A stretch of DNA of 64,000 nucleotides from Hydrolagus colliei (taxonomy: Eukaryota): positions 4,340,001 through 4,404,000 of the forward strand of contig CM068756.1 in the NCBI GenBank assembly GCA_035084275.1, read 5' to 3'. Position numbers and translations under genes: made by a program. Every line of letters starts with the position of its first letter. Positions within the stretch are counted from its first letter, which is position 1. Below are positions 1 to 12,901 of the stretch, in pieces. The notes beneath the pieces were generated by a model that saw only the letters and a list, made by a program, of their open reading frames with translations, was not told the DNA's origin and did no database searches.

Positions 1-989
1 ATTCCTATTACTTTATATGTGTCTGTTTCTGTGTGTGCATGTGGGTGTGTGGAGGGGGGTGGGGGGAGAGGGGGTTTTGGGGGAGAGGGAGGGTGCCAGC
101 TTGTATGTGTTTATGTGTAGAGAGGCATGGAGTGTTTCTGAATGTGTGATCGTGAACTTAAGTTCTTGCTAACTCTTGCTAACTGTAATGTATTAAACAC
201 CCAAGCAAATGGATGAGTTTAAATTTCAAATTTGGCCAAACTTTAGGCACTAAGATCCATAACGAATTTCTTTCACCACTTCTCAAGGAAGATCCTCGTT
301 GGACTAATTGATGCTCGAATAACTCCCATTGGGATGGGGAAGAGAAAGCGATCTTTGTGAAACTGCCCACCCTAACCCCCATTTCATGCTTTCTCCGTAT
401 CCTCTGATGTTCTTGTCTAACATCAATGAAACAAAGTCAAAATCAATAGGAGATTAACCTGAATAAGGCAGAGATAATCGCAACAGGAAGACATTAAAAT
501 GTGCTTCAATACACAAATTAAAGATAATGAGGGGAAAACCCCCCCAGAAAGCTATCAATTATTTTTGAATTGACTACGTCAGAATGGGTAAAATTAAGAT
601 GTAATTTACAGCATTTGGCATCCGCAGTTCACAAAAGGAACTAGAGTAAAGCAACGCGTTTGAAATGATGCAAATGATTATACTGATCGCCACTATTCAT
701 AGATGGTGTTGTAATTGTTGTAATCAAAGCTGTCTTCAGTTGTGTTGATACCCAGGTTACAATGAGTGTAAAAATACACCTAAATGTGTTACCAACTAGA
801 ATCAAATCCATGACAGATTGTACAGATTATGGAGATTGGCAGAGTTCCTATACATTGGTTAAATTACCAAACCGTTCGTGTTTCGTTTTTATTCCTTCGT
901 TTTTTTTTACTTCAAACTAGATAAGTACAGTACATACTGGAAAACAATATTGGAGGTTGAAAAAGAACAGATATAGACTGAGATATACA

Positions 990-1190
990 AACAACAACAA
1001 TGACAACAGTGCCTTTACCCCAGGGTAGCATCTCAGAGCGCTGCACAGAGACAGGATTGAACCCAAGCAATATTTCTTGGGGCAAGAAGATCTCTCTGTT
1101 CTTAAGGTTGGGAGAGAAGTAGAAGAATGGGATGGGAAGGAGGAGATTTTTTTGGTGGGGAGGGTTTAGATACATTTCCCTGAGGTGAAT
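990..1190 (-). mobile_element. L2 3' fragment
   Basis: (AAC)n tail and a degenerate L2 3' end. Confidence 0.55.
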
Positions 1191-3639
1191 TGCCCTTTCT
1201 TGTTCTGTGTTTGCTTGTTCGGACCTGTGGTGGACTTTTATCTTCCATTCGTTGTCCAACTGGTTAAAACAAGGGCAGGATTAGAGTCTCCAACACAAAT
1301 TGATTATAAGTCCCATCAAAGTCCACAAATACACCTATTAGCTGAATACTCTGAACATGTTTCCAGCCTTTGCTTGATGCCTTACGCTTGCACAACATGA
1401 CTAGTGCTGTAGTTTACTGCTGATATTAATATGACATTGCAAGAGAAGCTCTTTTGCACCAGGCAGCTGAGCCAAGTCCAAGTGAAATACTATACAGTAG
1501 TTACAGTCAATTTTAATATAGAATAGTACAGTGCATATTAAGTGATTGCATTAAGTGTAAACGTGAATGCTACTTAGTTGAGTGAACAGTATTTCTACTT
1601 ACGCTGGACCTTGTGTTTTTTCAGCCAGCTAGAATTCTCTACATTATCTCTTATACTGTATATAAATGCGTCCTTCTCTTTGGCATTCCCACTCTTTTGT
1701 GAAGAAGAAACAATCCCATTACAGCAATTTAGAAATCTAGCAGCTATTTCCTTTTGGTTTTGTTTATGAAGATGAAATCTTGTGGGAATGCTTCACAATG
1801 AGTTGTGATCTACAGCAGATGAGGATATCACTCCTGCACAATTGGAGCTGTCTGTAAACTAGTGCAAGGCTTCATATCAACAGTCGGGGATGAAGGAAAT
1901 ACTGTGCTCACTCTTTTGAACGCTTGGTAGAATTGGTTAAAATTAGCTATGGTCATTCATCATGACTGAATATATGTTGTATGTGTTGTACCAAACTTTG
2001 TTGCTACTGTATACGCTATCTTAAGTCTGTTGGTCATAAAAAATACTTAGATTGGTTTGAAGTCTGTCAGAGATGTGTATAGACACCAATGTTGCTCTCA
2101 ATCTGATTGGCATAATTGCCTCTGATTAATGTTGTCATTGGCGGTTTTCCAGTCTTATCGTAAAATGGAAATCTTTGAGAATGCTAGAACAATACTCCAC
2201 AAAGGGTTTTCCTGCAGCGATGTCACAGTTGCCGGTTATATGTTTTGTATGATTCTTGATGAAAGGTTATCTGATAGATTATGCCGAGTGATATTATTAT
2301 AATCCATCCCAACGGAGAAATTGATGGTGTGATTTGCATTGAGCTGCTGATGTGTGTTGTGCAGACGTTACCAGCAGGTAATCAACTCTGCCACCGACGC
2401 TGAGCTCCCAACTTCAAGACAACCGTACTTCAAACATTCAAGATTCATTCTCTACCATTAACAAATTTGGTTTACCCTTTAGCTAATGCTTAATATAAAA
2501 AGAAATATGAGCTAGAAAAACAGCTGGTAGTTAAATCGAATTATACTGTCTTCTGAGCTGGTTCAGGCAGAATCATCCTATCTTGCACTTATTTTCAGCC
2601 GTTCACCTTCAACCCACAAGACAAAGCACTTTGAATAAAATCCATCAGTAACTCCTCCAAAGTTGCGGAGGACAATTAAGCCAGTTGCACACTGCACCAT
2701 CATGGCAGAGGATTGTTGGTCTCTTATCTAAAGATCTTTATAGCACCGACACTTTCACAATCTCCATTTGTGCACACATTGGGAAGAGAAGGGATGATGG
2801 AGCGGTGGGGGGAAGTTTGGTGTTGCTCGCCTAAAGATACCCTTCCCAATGTACTGAACTACAAAACCCATCTTTGCACTATAGCTGCTGTGTGTTTGAT
2901 GCTTGGAGCTGATATGTTTTATAAAATGAGGCATTTCTAGGTTTGTAACTTGAGGCCAACACATACTCTTTAAAATTGTCCATACGGCTATCAAGGTGGC
3001 ATTTGGGATCTAAAACGTTGAGCTATTATCCATGTTCAAATGCTGTTAATTATATAGTGAAACAGCAAAAATAATTGCTTGCGATAGCTTTCCATGTTAG
3101 TTAATTAGCTGTTACCCCAGTCCACGTTTTAGCATCTCATTGTGGTCATGTGCCTATTAAATTGTCAATAACATATATATTTGTCAGAATTCCAACGCAG
3201 GTTAGACAATACATAGAAATGAACGGTTTCACTTGAGGAAAGTACATAGTAGTGAAATAAGACAGTAATCTCCGTGGAGTCTTGAGCAATTGCCTCACAA
3301 GAGCTCAGTGGTTTGAGCTCTTGCCTCACGGGAGACCTGGAGCAAAATATTGGGAAAGTTTCCTTACTCCACATACCTCTGTTTACCCAGCAGTAAGTAG
3401 GAACCTGGTTGTTAGTTATTTGACGATTGATTTTCTGGTGGTAATAATTTCTTCTAATTTTTTTTAATTGGGTCACTTCAATCAACGACTGTTTGTGGGG
3501 CACTGCTATGATCATTTTGTCGGAGAGCTCCTCCGAATTATGGGAAATTCCTTAAATTTGTCGTAATCTGGAACATTGCCCCAATCCTCCCACTGATCAA
3601 ATTATCTTTATGGGATGAGACCAGGTGGAATTTCAAGTT

Positions 3640-3900
3640 TCCCGAGCGGTAGGCAACTAAAAAGATCTGAATTGATTAGATTAGGAATCATTTTTCACTC
3701 AGAGTGGTTAGGGTATGGATTACCCTGAAGGGAACAGCAGATTTCATTTTAGCTTTTAAGAGGGAGCTAGACAGATTGGTAAAAAGGAATTTAGCAGGGG
3801 TATTGGGGTATTGGGGAAGGGCAGCTAAATGAGACTGAAAAGAATTGCTCTACAAAAACACGATAGACTAAATGCCTTTCTGTTCTGTGCTGTAAATTTG
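3640..3900 (+). mobile_element. Decayed CR1 3' fragment
   Basis: TTTTTCACTCAGAGTGGTTAGGGTATGGA...TTTTAAGGGGAGCTAGA. Confidence 0.65.
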
Positions 3901-4983
3901 TTTATTTCGTAGTTTTTGAGTAATTTATTAGCAGAACAACAAACTTGATATATAAAAGAAGTAGGCAGAATGCTCCAGACCTCAAATTAATGTATCGGCT
4001 GCATAGGAACGATTAACGGGAGGGAGGAGGGAGGAGGTTGAAGAGACCGAGCGGTGCCTCACACAGACTCAGTTCCTAAAAAATACTGTAAGGTGATTCC
4101 TAACAAATTTGACAAAAAAATTCAAAAATGTTTATGCAGAGAGACTTTTAAAAATGATTTGAAATATAAATTTGCAGGGCTATGCAGTAAGAGTGGTGGA
4201 GTGGGACTAATCTGATAGTTCTTTCAAATAGCTGGCACAGACAAGATGGATCAAATGGCCTCTTTCTGTAGTATAAGATTCTATAATACTTTTGTGTTTG
4301 CCGCTTGCTGAATGAATGAAAGTGCCGGTTAAAGTGTATGATACACACGCATGCCAGTGACAGACCCGTCAACCTCTTCTGTATTGTTCTGCTTCGAAAT
4401 GAACGTTTTTAAATGTGCTGCATTTTCTGAATTCTGGATTTTTTTTTTCCCCTGGCTGCTTTACATCATCTATTATAGAGATTAAAGACTGCATGAAAAT
4501 GTTATGTACATTTCTTTACAAGTGAAGTGAATAAGTCACAAGCGATATAAGATGACTAACATTCCGTGTTTTGACTGTATGGAGGTGAAAGTGCAAGGGC
4601 ATTTGGCGGGACTCCTTGTTTTTGATATTGAGCTGATCTCAAATAAATGGAATTGGGTAAAAGAGATTTATATGTGTTTCTTTTTATTCTTCCCACCTGT
4701 TTAGTATGTTGCCGTTTAGGAATTGATGATAACTTCATATTTTATGGATCTTTGGGGAAAATTGAAGGGGGTTGATTTGTGTATTGAGGTATATTTTAAT
4801 GTTAACCTTTGTTTTTATACTATATTGATTAAAAATGAAACTCGAGGAAATAATAGATTTCTGCAAAGCACTTTAATTAATTTCTTCTTTAACAGAAACT
4901 GACATCAAAGCCCAGTATCCAAATTGCAGGGCTACAGTAGGTTCATCACCTCCTATCTCCCGGTGCCCAGCACTGCAACCTGA

Positions 4984-5680
4984 CACAGAGAGAGACGTAC
5001 ACACACACAATCACAGACATTCTCAGATATACACACACACGTAGACATGCAGTCACACAGACAGTATAACACAGACAGACACTCACATATAGGAGACACA
5101 AAGACACATACGGATACCGTACTCACACAGACACACTCACACATAGACACTCACTCATAGAGATACTGACACACACATAGAGACATTCAATCAGACATAG
5201 AGACACTCACACATAGATACTCAATCACACAGAAACACACTCACAGATTCACTCACTCACAGACACTCACAGAGACACACACATGGAGACATACATAGAC
5301 ACACTCACTCATGGGGAGATACACACTCATAGACNNNNNNNNNNNNNNNNNNNNNNNNNNNNNNNNNNNNNNNNNNNNNNNNNNNNNNNNNNNNNNNNNN
5401 NNNNNNNNNNNNNNNNNNNNNNNNNNNNNNNNNNNNNNNNNNNNNNNNNNNNNNNNNNNNNNNNNNACGCACACACATAGACACACTCACTCATGGAGAC
5501 ACACACTCATAGACACACTCACTCATGGAGAGAGACACACACATTCATGGAGAGAGACACACACATAGACACACTCACTCATGGACACACACTCACTTAT
5601 GGAGACATAGACACACTATCCCATGGGAAGGAAGACACACACACAACACACACACACCTATAGACACACTTACTCACCAA
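4984..5680. repeat. CA/GA-rich microsatellite/minisatellite containing an assembly gap (N at 5335-5466)
   Basis: ACACACTCACTCATGGAGAC-like units; 132 Ns. Confidence 0.9.
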
Positions 5681-5744
5681 CTCATTCCCATTCCCCACTT
5701 GCCCCGTCCTCGGTGACATCAGGTAAACAGTTGGCAGTGAGGGG

Positions 5745-6020
5745 GACCAGAGACTGACGCGGTTGGCTCTACACGGTCCGCGTGTCACTTTGCTCACCTG
5801 TTGGGAGGGGGGGGGGCTGGGGGTGGTTCCCCCCAAGGTTCGCTCCACCACCTTGTGTTGGCGCCGGTATGTCTGAGCTGTTTGCTGGGCAAACTCCGAA
5901 CCATTGCTTGTGGCCCACAAATAAACAGTCACTACACTTCATTCTGTATATCCCGTGAAGCGCTTTGAGGCGTCTCAAGGACGCGATAAGGCGCCACATC
6001 GAACGCGAGGATAATCATTC
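5745..6020 (+). mobile_element. Second SINE-like element with a GC-rich body and the same L2-type tail
   Basis: 3' end CCCACAAATAAACAGTCACTACACTTC...GTGAAGCGCTTTGAGGCGTC...AAGGCGC; the body differs from the main SINE. Confidence 0.5.
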
Positions 6021-6279
6021 TCATATTATAAAATAAAAATAATAATACCAGTCCCTTAACTTGTATAAAGCGCCTGATCACATCATCGAGATGTTACAAA
6101 GCGCTTCACAGAATATACTGTAAAGTATATTCACTTACATATATATCTGTATATATTACTGTCTATAGAACCACTCATTTAATGTAAAATATTGAGGTTG
6201 GAGCCATGTTCACATATTGTAAATTAAACACAATTGGGAGCTTTGCTCCTTTTGATACTTGGCCAAGTTTTGCCAATCA

Positions 6280-6526
6280 GGTGAAACCTTGGGCAAGTTT
6301 CCTTACTCCACAAGCTTGACAACAATCCCTCAAGAAAAAAAAGAATAATAAATTGTTAATTTTTCAATCCACAATTGTTTGCGGAACACTGCTGGGCTCA
6401 ATTGGCTGCCACGTTTAGGCCACAAATATATACTCAGTTCACTTTAAGGTGTATTCTGTGAAGCGCTTTGAGGCATCTAGCGGATGTGAAATGTGCTGTA
6501 TCAAATGCAAGGATTATTATTATTAT
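6280..6526 (+). mobile_element. tRNA-derived SINE, 5'-truncated
   Basis: Same family; begins at GTGAAACCTTGGGCAAG. Confidence 0.8.
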
Positions 6527-7202
6527 ATAAACTGTTATCTTTATATAAGAAAATGTATCTTTATATAAAAAAAAAGCTATCTTGTAAGGAGATAAAATTG
6601 AGTGTTTCAAATTTATCAGGTATAGAATTATTTATCTCTGGTGAGAATGTGGCACAAAATTGTGAGAGGCCACAGAACGTGAGGAGAAAAGTCGTGGAAG
6701 CCTTTAGGTGGGAAAGCTGACAGTATTTCCCACCTAAAGTCAGTGGGACAATCCTGTTTAAAAACAACAGCTGCCACAATTTATTGTATATAAAACACAC
6801 AAATGGAAGAGCTGTTTTTTAAAAAAATAAGGTTGAGGTTGAGGTATTGTGTATCCTTTTTATATAAACAGGGAGCCTTGTTGGGGACAAAATTGTGCAA
6901 TTCAACTTTAGTGTGAATGCAATTATATATTTCTACCGAATGCAGCACAAAATAATTTTTTTTTAAATCGAGTACCACTTAGACAATTATACGACTTATG
7001 AAGGGTAAGATAAAAACTCATTCCCACATACAGGTGAACAATAAAAGTGAGGTGAAATCCTAAAATTATTATTTTATTTCAAATTCACTTCAGTGTATTC
7101 TTAATGTTGATGAATTCACTTCATAGTACATTATTATTGTTGATAAATCCATTTCACAATATATTCTGTGAAGTGCTTTCAGGCGTTGGACAGTGGGAAA
7201 GG

Positions 7203-7465
7203 ACTCCGGGATGGAGTTTGTTTGTTAGAGTAGACTCCAGGATGGAGTTTTCAATGGGAGAGGACTCCGGGATGGAGTTCAGTTGAGGGAAGGTACTCCG
7301 GGATGGAGTTGCAGAGTGTCAATGGACTCCGGGATGGAGTTTGCTTGTTCGAAGGAACTCCGGGATGGAGTTAGGTTGAGGGAAGGTACTCCGGGATGGA
7401 GTTATGTTGTGGGAAGTGACTCCGGGCTGCAGTCCTGCAGTGGGAACTAACTCGGGGATGGAGCT
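7203..7465. repeat. 31-bp-period minisatellite with a conserved palindromic core ACTCCGGGATGGAGT and variable linkers
   Basis: Cores start at 7203, 7234, 7264, 7295, 7326, 7357, 7388, 7419 and 7450. Confidence 0.9.
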
Positions 7466-7779
7466 GCTGGTTTGGATGGACATCAACCACTGTGATACGG
7501 GAGGACAGATTTCAGAGCGACCCAGCGATGCTGTTCCAGAGTCGGGCTGATCAGAGTTCCAAAACACACAGACAGAATGCCTGGAAGCTCAACCTCCAAT
7601 AGTGAGGTGAGTACATTGAAGGGACGTCAACTTTGGACATTGATCACTGAAGGATGGGAGCAGCCTGGGTGTCAGTTGTCGGTAAAAATGACAGAAAACA
7701 TGGGTTTGAGATGCGGGGAGGGAGGGAGTCGGAGAGACTCTGGGATAGAGTTGCACATTTGGAAAGACTGAATAATTCC

Positions 7780-9060
7780 ATTCAGCTGCCCAGAGTCAGT
7801 GTCTGACAGCGCTGGTTCAGAGGAGCTGAAGAGTCAGGATCTGCCACTGCAGTGTGCCTGGGCTTCGCTCGTGTGTGTATACAATCCTTGTCTGTGGGGT
7901 GTTGTTCAGTGTAGTTGCTGTCAGTGTTTTCCAGGGCTGGTTTAGCTTAGCCGCTAAGTTGAGTATGTGCCAGAGATGGTTTAGTGTTGGTACAGTACTG
8001 TGATAGTGAGGGGCAGGGCTAGATCAGTTTAACTACAATCAGCATCTGACAGCAGTGGTTCAGTGTAGCTGCCCAGAATCGGTATCTGCAGCGCTGGTTT
8101 TGTGTTCAGTGTGTAGCTGCAGAAAGTCGGTATCTGTTGGTATCTGCTGGTTCAGTGTGGCTGCTGATATCAGTGGGTGTCACAGCTGGATTAATGTGGT
8201 TGCACAGTCAGTATCTGTCAGCACTGGTTCAGTGTAACTGCTGAGACTTGGTGTCTGACAGAGCTGGTTTAGTGCAGTTGCTGAGATCAGTGAGTGTCAA
8301 CGCTGGTTCAGTTTGGCTGCTCAAAGGCATTGCACAGATGTAATTTTGTTGTTGTCAGTAGTGTCTGCCACGGCTGTTTCGGTTACCGCTCGATAGCCCG
8401 AAGGTTCGTTAGTCCGAAGGTTCGTTAGTCCGAAGCTTCCCCTAGCCCTAACCATAACTCTAACTCTAACCCTAACCTTTGGACTAATGAACCTTCAGAC
8501 TATCGCACCAAATGTTCGGATTAACAAACCTTATTTCATTTTCGGTTTGGACTATCGAACCTTCGGATTAAAGAACCTTCGGACTATCGAACCTTCGGAC
8601 TATCGAGCGGACCCCGGCTGTTTCAGTGTAGGTGCTGAGGATCAGTGTACTTTAGGGGCTGGTTCAGTTTCCACCAAGGCTGATTTAGTGTTGATACTGA
8701 GTTAGTATGTGCCAGGGCTAGTACAGTGCATTGTTGAGAGTCCATGTGTGCCTGGGCTTCGCTAGTGTGTTTGCATAATCATTGTCTGTGGGGTGTTGTT
8801 CAATGTAGATGCTGTCAGTGTTTTCCAGGGCTGGTTGAGTGTGGCTGCTGAGAGGAGTGTGTGTCAGAGCTAGTTCAGTTTAGCTGCAGAATTAGTGTCT
8901 GGTCAGGCCTGGTTCACTTTAGCTGCCCAGAGTCAGTGTCTGACAGCGCTGGTTCAGTTCAGTTTCCGAATCAGTGTGTGCCAGGGCTTGTTGAGGTGTG
9001 GCTGCTGAGAGGCATTGTGTATTGAGGGTTGGTTCCAGAGATTGAGGGAGACTGGCTTTA
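7780..9060. repeat. Degenerate ~38-bp minisatellite (GCTGGTTCAGTGTAGCTGCTGAGAGTCAGTGTCTGACAGC-like)
   Basis: Many diverged copies of GCTGGTTCAGTGT..GCTG..GAG..AGTGT; interrupted by the MITE at 8381. Confidence 0.8.
8381..8615. mobile_element. Palindromic MITE with 9-bp TSD (Mutator/MULE-like)
   Basis: TIRs GGTTACCGCTCGATAGCCCGAAGG / CCTTCGGACTATCGAGCGGACCCC; GGCTGTTTC duplicated at 8372-8380 and 8616-8624; internal (CCCTAA)-like repeats. Confidence 0.8.
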
Positions 9061-10099
9061 AGTTTGGGTGCCAATGAAGGGGTGGTGGGGGTGGGGGGTA
9101 AAGGACAGGATATATAAAGCAGGTCACTATCCATTGATGAAGACACTGATGGCATATGCTGGAATACAAAAGATTGCTTCTTTGCGCAAGCAGGAACATT
9201 CTACAAAGGACTGAAGAAAATCATACCAGGAACATGCAGGCAGAGAATACCCAGAGAAATTGTGCTCATTTTATCTTTGGTTTTGGTCATTATAATTGTA
9301 TAATTATTTATCACGGTTGAATGTATATTGTATCGTAACTAACATGCATCAAACTTTGTTGTTGCTGTATATGCCTGTGGTTTACATAAAATAAATTGGT
9401 TTGAAGACTCAGAGATGTGTATAGTCATCAATGTTTGCGCACAATCTGGATGACATGGTTTCTGGGGAAGAGAGCAGTGCAAAAGATACATTTGTGAAAC
9501 CAATAGAGAATTGTATCCTGGGATTTAACAAGCCGGGGTAGAGGGAGACGTGTCAGGATTCAGATGCTGTTGAAAGTGAGATGTCACCAATTGTCCCGGC
9601 CCCTAAATAATCCAAGTATCACTTCAATTCCCTCTGCTGCTTCTGTAAACTTATTATCATGCAAAAGGCTGAGATAAAAAAATCTAATATTGCAGTCGAA
9701 AAATATTTACTTCTGCTCCATGTATTACTTGGCTTTCCAAAAGTCACCCTCTCTACTATGTAAAATTGTAACTTGGCTACAATATTTGACATCACATCAA
9801 CATAATTATTCACTTCTAATTCATGCCATATTCCAACTTTATTTTCCTGTCCATGCTCTTTAAGCAACTGAACACTTAAAAATTAAGCAATGTTGAGATT
9901 TTTAACTAAGGTTTTTAACATTTCCATTCTATGAAGAGATCACATGGCAGCTGGTTGGAGTATGGAGTACATCACTGACCTTGGTTGGAGGAAAGTCCAT
10001 AAAATCTGTTTTGAAAAGAATGAGATAAATACTTTGAAAGAGGAATATTAGGTAGCAAGTCAAGGAATGGGATTAGATGAGGAGATTTGGGTGACAGTC

Positions 10100-10316
10100 C
10101 CACTGCCTCGGTGGTTAGAGCACTCGCCTTGAAAGCCAGATACGTGGGCTTGATTTCAGGCAGGGTGAAACCTTGGGCAAATTTTCTTATTCCACGCGCC
10201 TGATAATAATCTCTCAAAAAAACACGATAATAAATTGGTCATTTCAATCCACGATTGTTTGTGGGGCACTGCTGTGTGCAATTGGCTGCCGCATTTCATC
10301 CACATATATACAGTCT
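10100..10316 (+). mobile_element. tRNA-derived SINE, 3'-truncated
   Basis: Same family head and core. Confidence 0.8.
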
Positions 10317-10999
10317 ATTGGACTAATTAAACCATTGGAAAAAGTGCAGAATAACTGGGAATAATAGTTATTCACAACTTAATCATATTTACATTTACAA
10401 AATATTTGCCTCTCCTTACAGAAAACTTCTTTCATAACTAAGGCTGCAAATAAGAATTTGCTAAATTCTGAAGGCTCTCAAATGTTGTCAACAGAGCAAA
10501 TCTAGACCCAGCAAATCTCTGCATTAAAATCTGTAAAAGAACATTTAATAATGTTTCATTGAGTGAGGAACCCTCATGCCTTCAGTATTGTGTGCTTGCC
10601 TTCTGTGGTTTCTCCTTACAGTAACAGCCTACAAGAAATTAACTAACAGCACACAAATAATAATTGGTTTTAGAATTATCGCGGTATAATAGCATTTTTG
10701 TAAAATATTTTGTCACGGCTTGTTCGTTCCATTGTAATGTCTGAATTATGAATTTTCACCTGTGCACCTGAATATAGCAGCTGCTGCCTTCAAAACTATC
10801 TCTGGAGACTGAAAAGCAGGATCAGACTGTGGTCTTATAATAGAACAGACCATTTCTGTTTCACCGCAAACAATTAAGCAGCCTTCTAACACAATCTTTC
10901 TCAGCACCTGCTGCTCGTGGATATTCTTAATAAAAGATCTGTCACCTGGCGTTACCCTGGCAACCATGATGTTGAACATGTTAGAGTAATCCTTGACAA

Positions 11000-11255
11000 T
11001 TTGGGGGTGGCGGGGAGGAATCACCTTCAAATCAGAACGCGGACGGTTAGAAATGAGGTGAAGAAACCATCTTCACGCAGAGGATTGGGAAGATGTGGAA
11101 TGATCTGCTCCAGAAGGCCGGGGAGACCAGAATCGATAGAGATGTTTAAAATAGCAATCGACAGAGCGAGACAATGGGATTAAAATATTTATTGATATCT
11201 AATAGACTGCTAGAATAGGCTTTACGCCCCTACTTCTGTTTTTCTATGTTTCTAC
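11000..11255 (+). mobile_element. Decayed CR1 3' fragment
   Basis: AGAAATGAGGTGAAGAAACCATCTTCACGCAGAGG...TTTCTATGTTTCTA tail. Confidence 0.65.
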
Positions 11256-11886
11256 AGATATTACTGTGATATTATTTAGACCTTATCTAATCACAACTCA
11301 AAATAAAGTGTACATTTCAGCAAATGTACACTTTGCAGCAGCCAATTGCGCCCAGCAGACACCTACAAATAGTTATGGATTGAAATGACCAATTTTAAAA
11401 AACAAATTTGGAGAGATTATTATTAGGCTTCAATCTGTGAAGGTTAGGAAATAGTAATTATGGACTAATAGAATTATACCATATTAAAATCAGCAACTGT
11501 GTGTATCTTCCTGTGTGTATAATATAAAAACGAATGGGCTTTCACAAATGTCCTTCAGTGGGCTTTCCACACAGGATGTCTCTTTCAAACCATTACTCTT
11601 TTAAATGAAAATTATGTGGAATGCAAAGTTGATTCCATTTGTTGTGCTTCATTGTGAAATCTCATCAATTTGTGTTGAATTCACTTGACTATTGTTGGAT
11701 AACCCAATTTACAAGATCTCATTAACATCTCAATAATTTTTCCATCTGTAGATTTGTGCTTTTTCCCTTCAATGCGAGAACTCAGATTAAACTAACTAGT
11801 ATGTTTTGTTACATCCTTCTGTCTTTAATTTGAAATCCAAAAATAATATCAGGACTTGATGGTTTTTGATAGCTTGATATTACTGT

Positions 11887-12198
11887 GGAGTCCTGCAGCT
11901 CAGTGGTTAGAGCACTCACCTTGCAAGCGAGAGACCTGGGTTCAATTCCCGGCAGGGCGAAACCTTGGGCAATTTTCCTTACTCCACATTCCTAATAATA
12001 ATACTACCTTTTAAAAAAAAATCATAATTTCAATCCATTTCAAGCCGGTTTGTGGGACATTGCTGTGTGCAATTGGCTGCTGCGTTTCTCCTGCAAATAT
12101 ACAGTCAATTAACTTTGCAGCATATTCTGTGAAGCGCTTTGAGACGTCTAGAAGACGTGAAGAGCACTATATCAAATGCAAGGATTATTATTATTATT
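11887..12198 (+). mobile_element. Full-length tRNA-derived SINE with L2-type tail (major family in this window)
   Basis: Head GGAGTCCTGCAGCTCAGTGGTTAGAGC (A box)...GGTTCAATTCC (B box); Deu-like core TTGTGGGAC...AATTGGCTGC; tail AAATGCAAGG(ATT)n. Confidence 0.9.
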
Positions 12199-12887
12199 AG
12201 AAGCTACGAAGGCACAAAGAATAGGAATAGGAATCCCTTAAAGCTTCAACCAAAATGTGAATGTGTGCGCCCACACTAATCCCAAATTAGCAAAATTCTA
12301 GAACTGCAATATAGTTCTTATTTTGCCTAATGTGCATAAGCACACTTTTTTATTTACAGGAATCATTGGGTGCTTGACTCATTCGACATGAAAGGTGCTG
12401 TGCAAACACAAATTGCGTTGTGGTATATTGAAGCAAACTGGTATTTGTACCTCAGATGGTCATTCTTTAGATTGGATTACAAATGACGACGGAGGTCTTT
12501 CCCAGTGTGGCACGTGTGCAGGGTATCCACGTGTGTTATTCTTTCCTTCCTGAGCTGTCTCCAGCCTTTCTTTATCAGCAGCGGATTCCTGTGTCTAATG
12601 TGGGCAACTCAAAATCAAAACCGTGCTTGAAAGTGTGCACACCGAAGTATGCTGGGACCAGCCATTCGGGGCTCCAATACCAATGGAATATTGAGAACAA
12701 AATCTTTCCGAAACTCTAGTTAACTGTCAGGCGAGAAGCATCCCCACAGGAATTACAGTCCCAAGGGAATGGCATTCCCTTATTCAGCTATTTAATGACA
12801 AACGGACTTCCTAATCCATCTTTCATGTTGTTCCAACTCAAACGCACTGTTCTATGAACAGATCTGCCTGAAGCATAATCCTCTAAA

Positions 12888-12901
12888 GTTGCCTTGGTAA
12901 C
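12888..12901. promoter_or_regulatory. RFX X-box motif
   Basis: GTTGCCTTGGTAAC matches the RFX consensus; a second site, GTTACCCTGGCAAC, lies at 10951-10964. Motif match only. Confidence 0.3.

Noticed and set aside
7203-7465. True CRISPR array
   Set aside because: Vertebrate context, no cas genes, repeats (~16 nt) and spacers (~14 nt) too short, and spacers related to each other.
8450-8478. Interstitial telomere
   Set aside because: Only a few degenerate CCCTAA units, and they are internal to a MITE.
11887-11960. tRNA genes (GGAGTCCTG.AGCTCAGTGGTTAGAGC heads)
   Set aside because: These are SINE heads continuous with the SINE body and tail, in many diverged copies.
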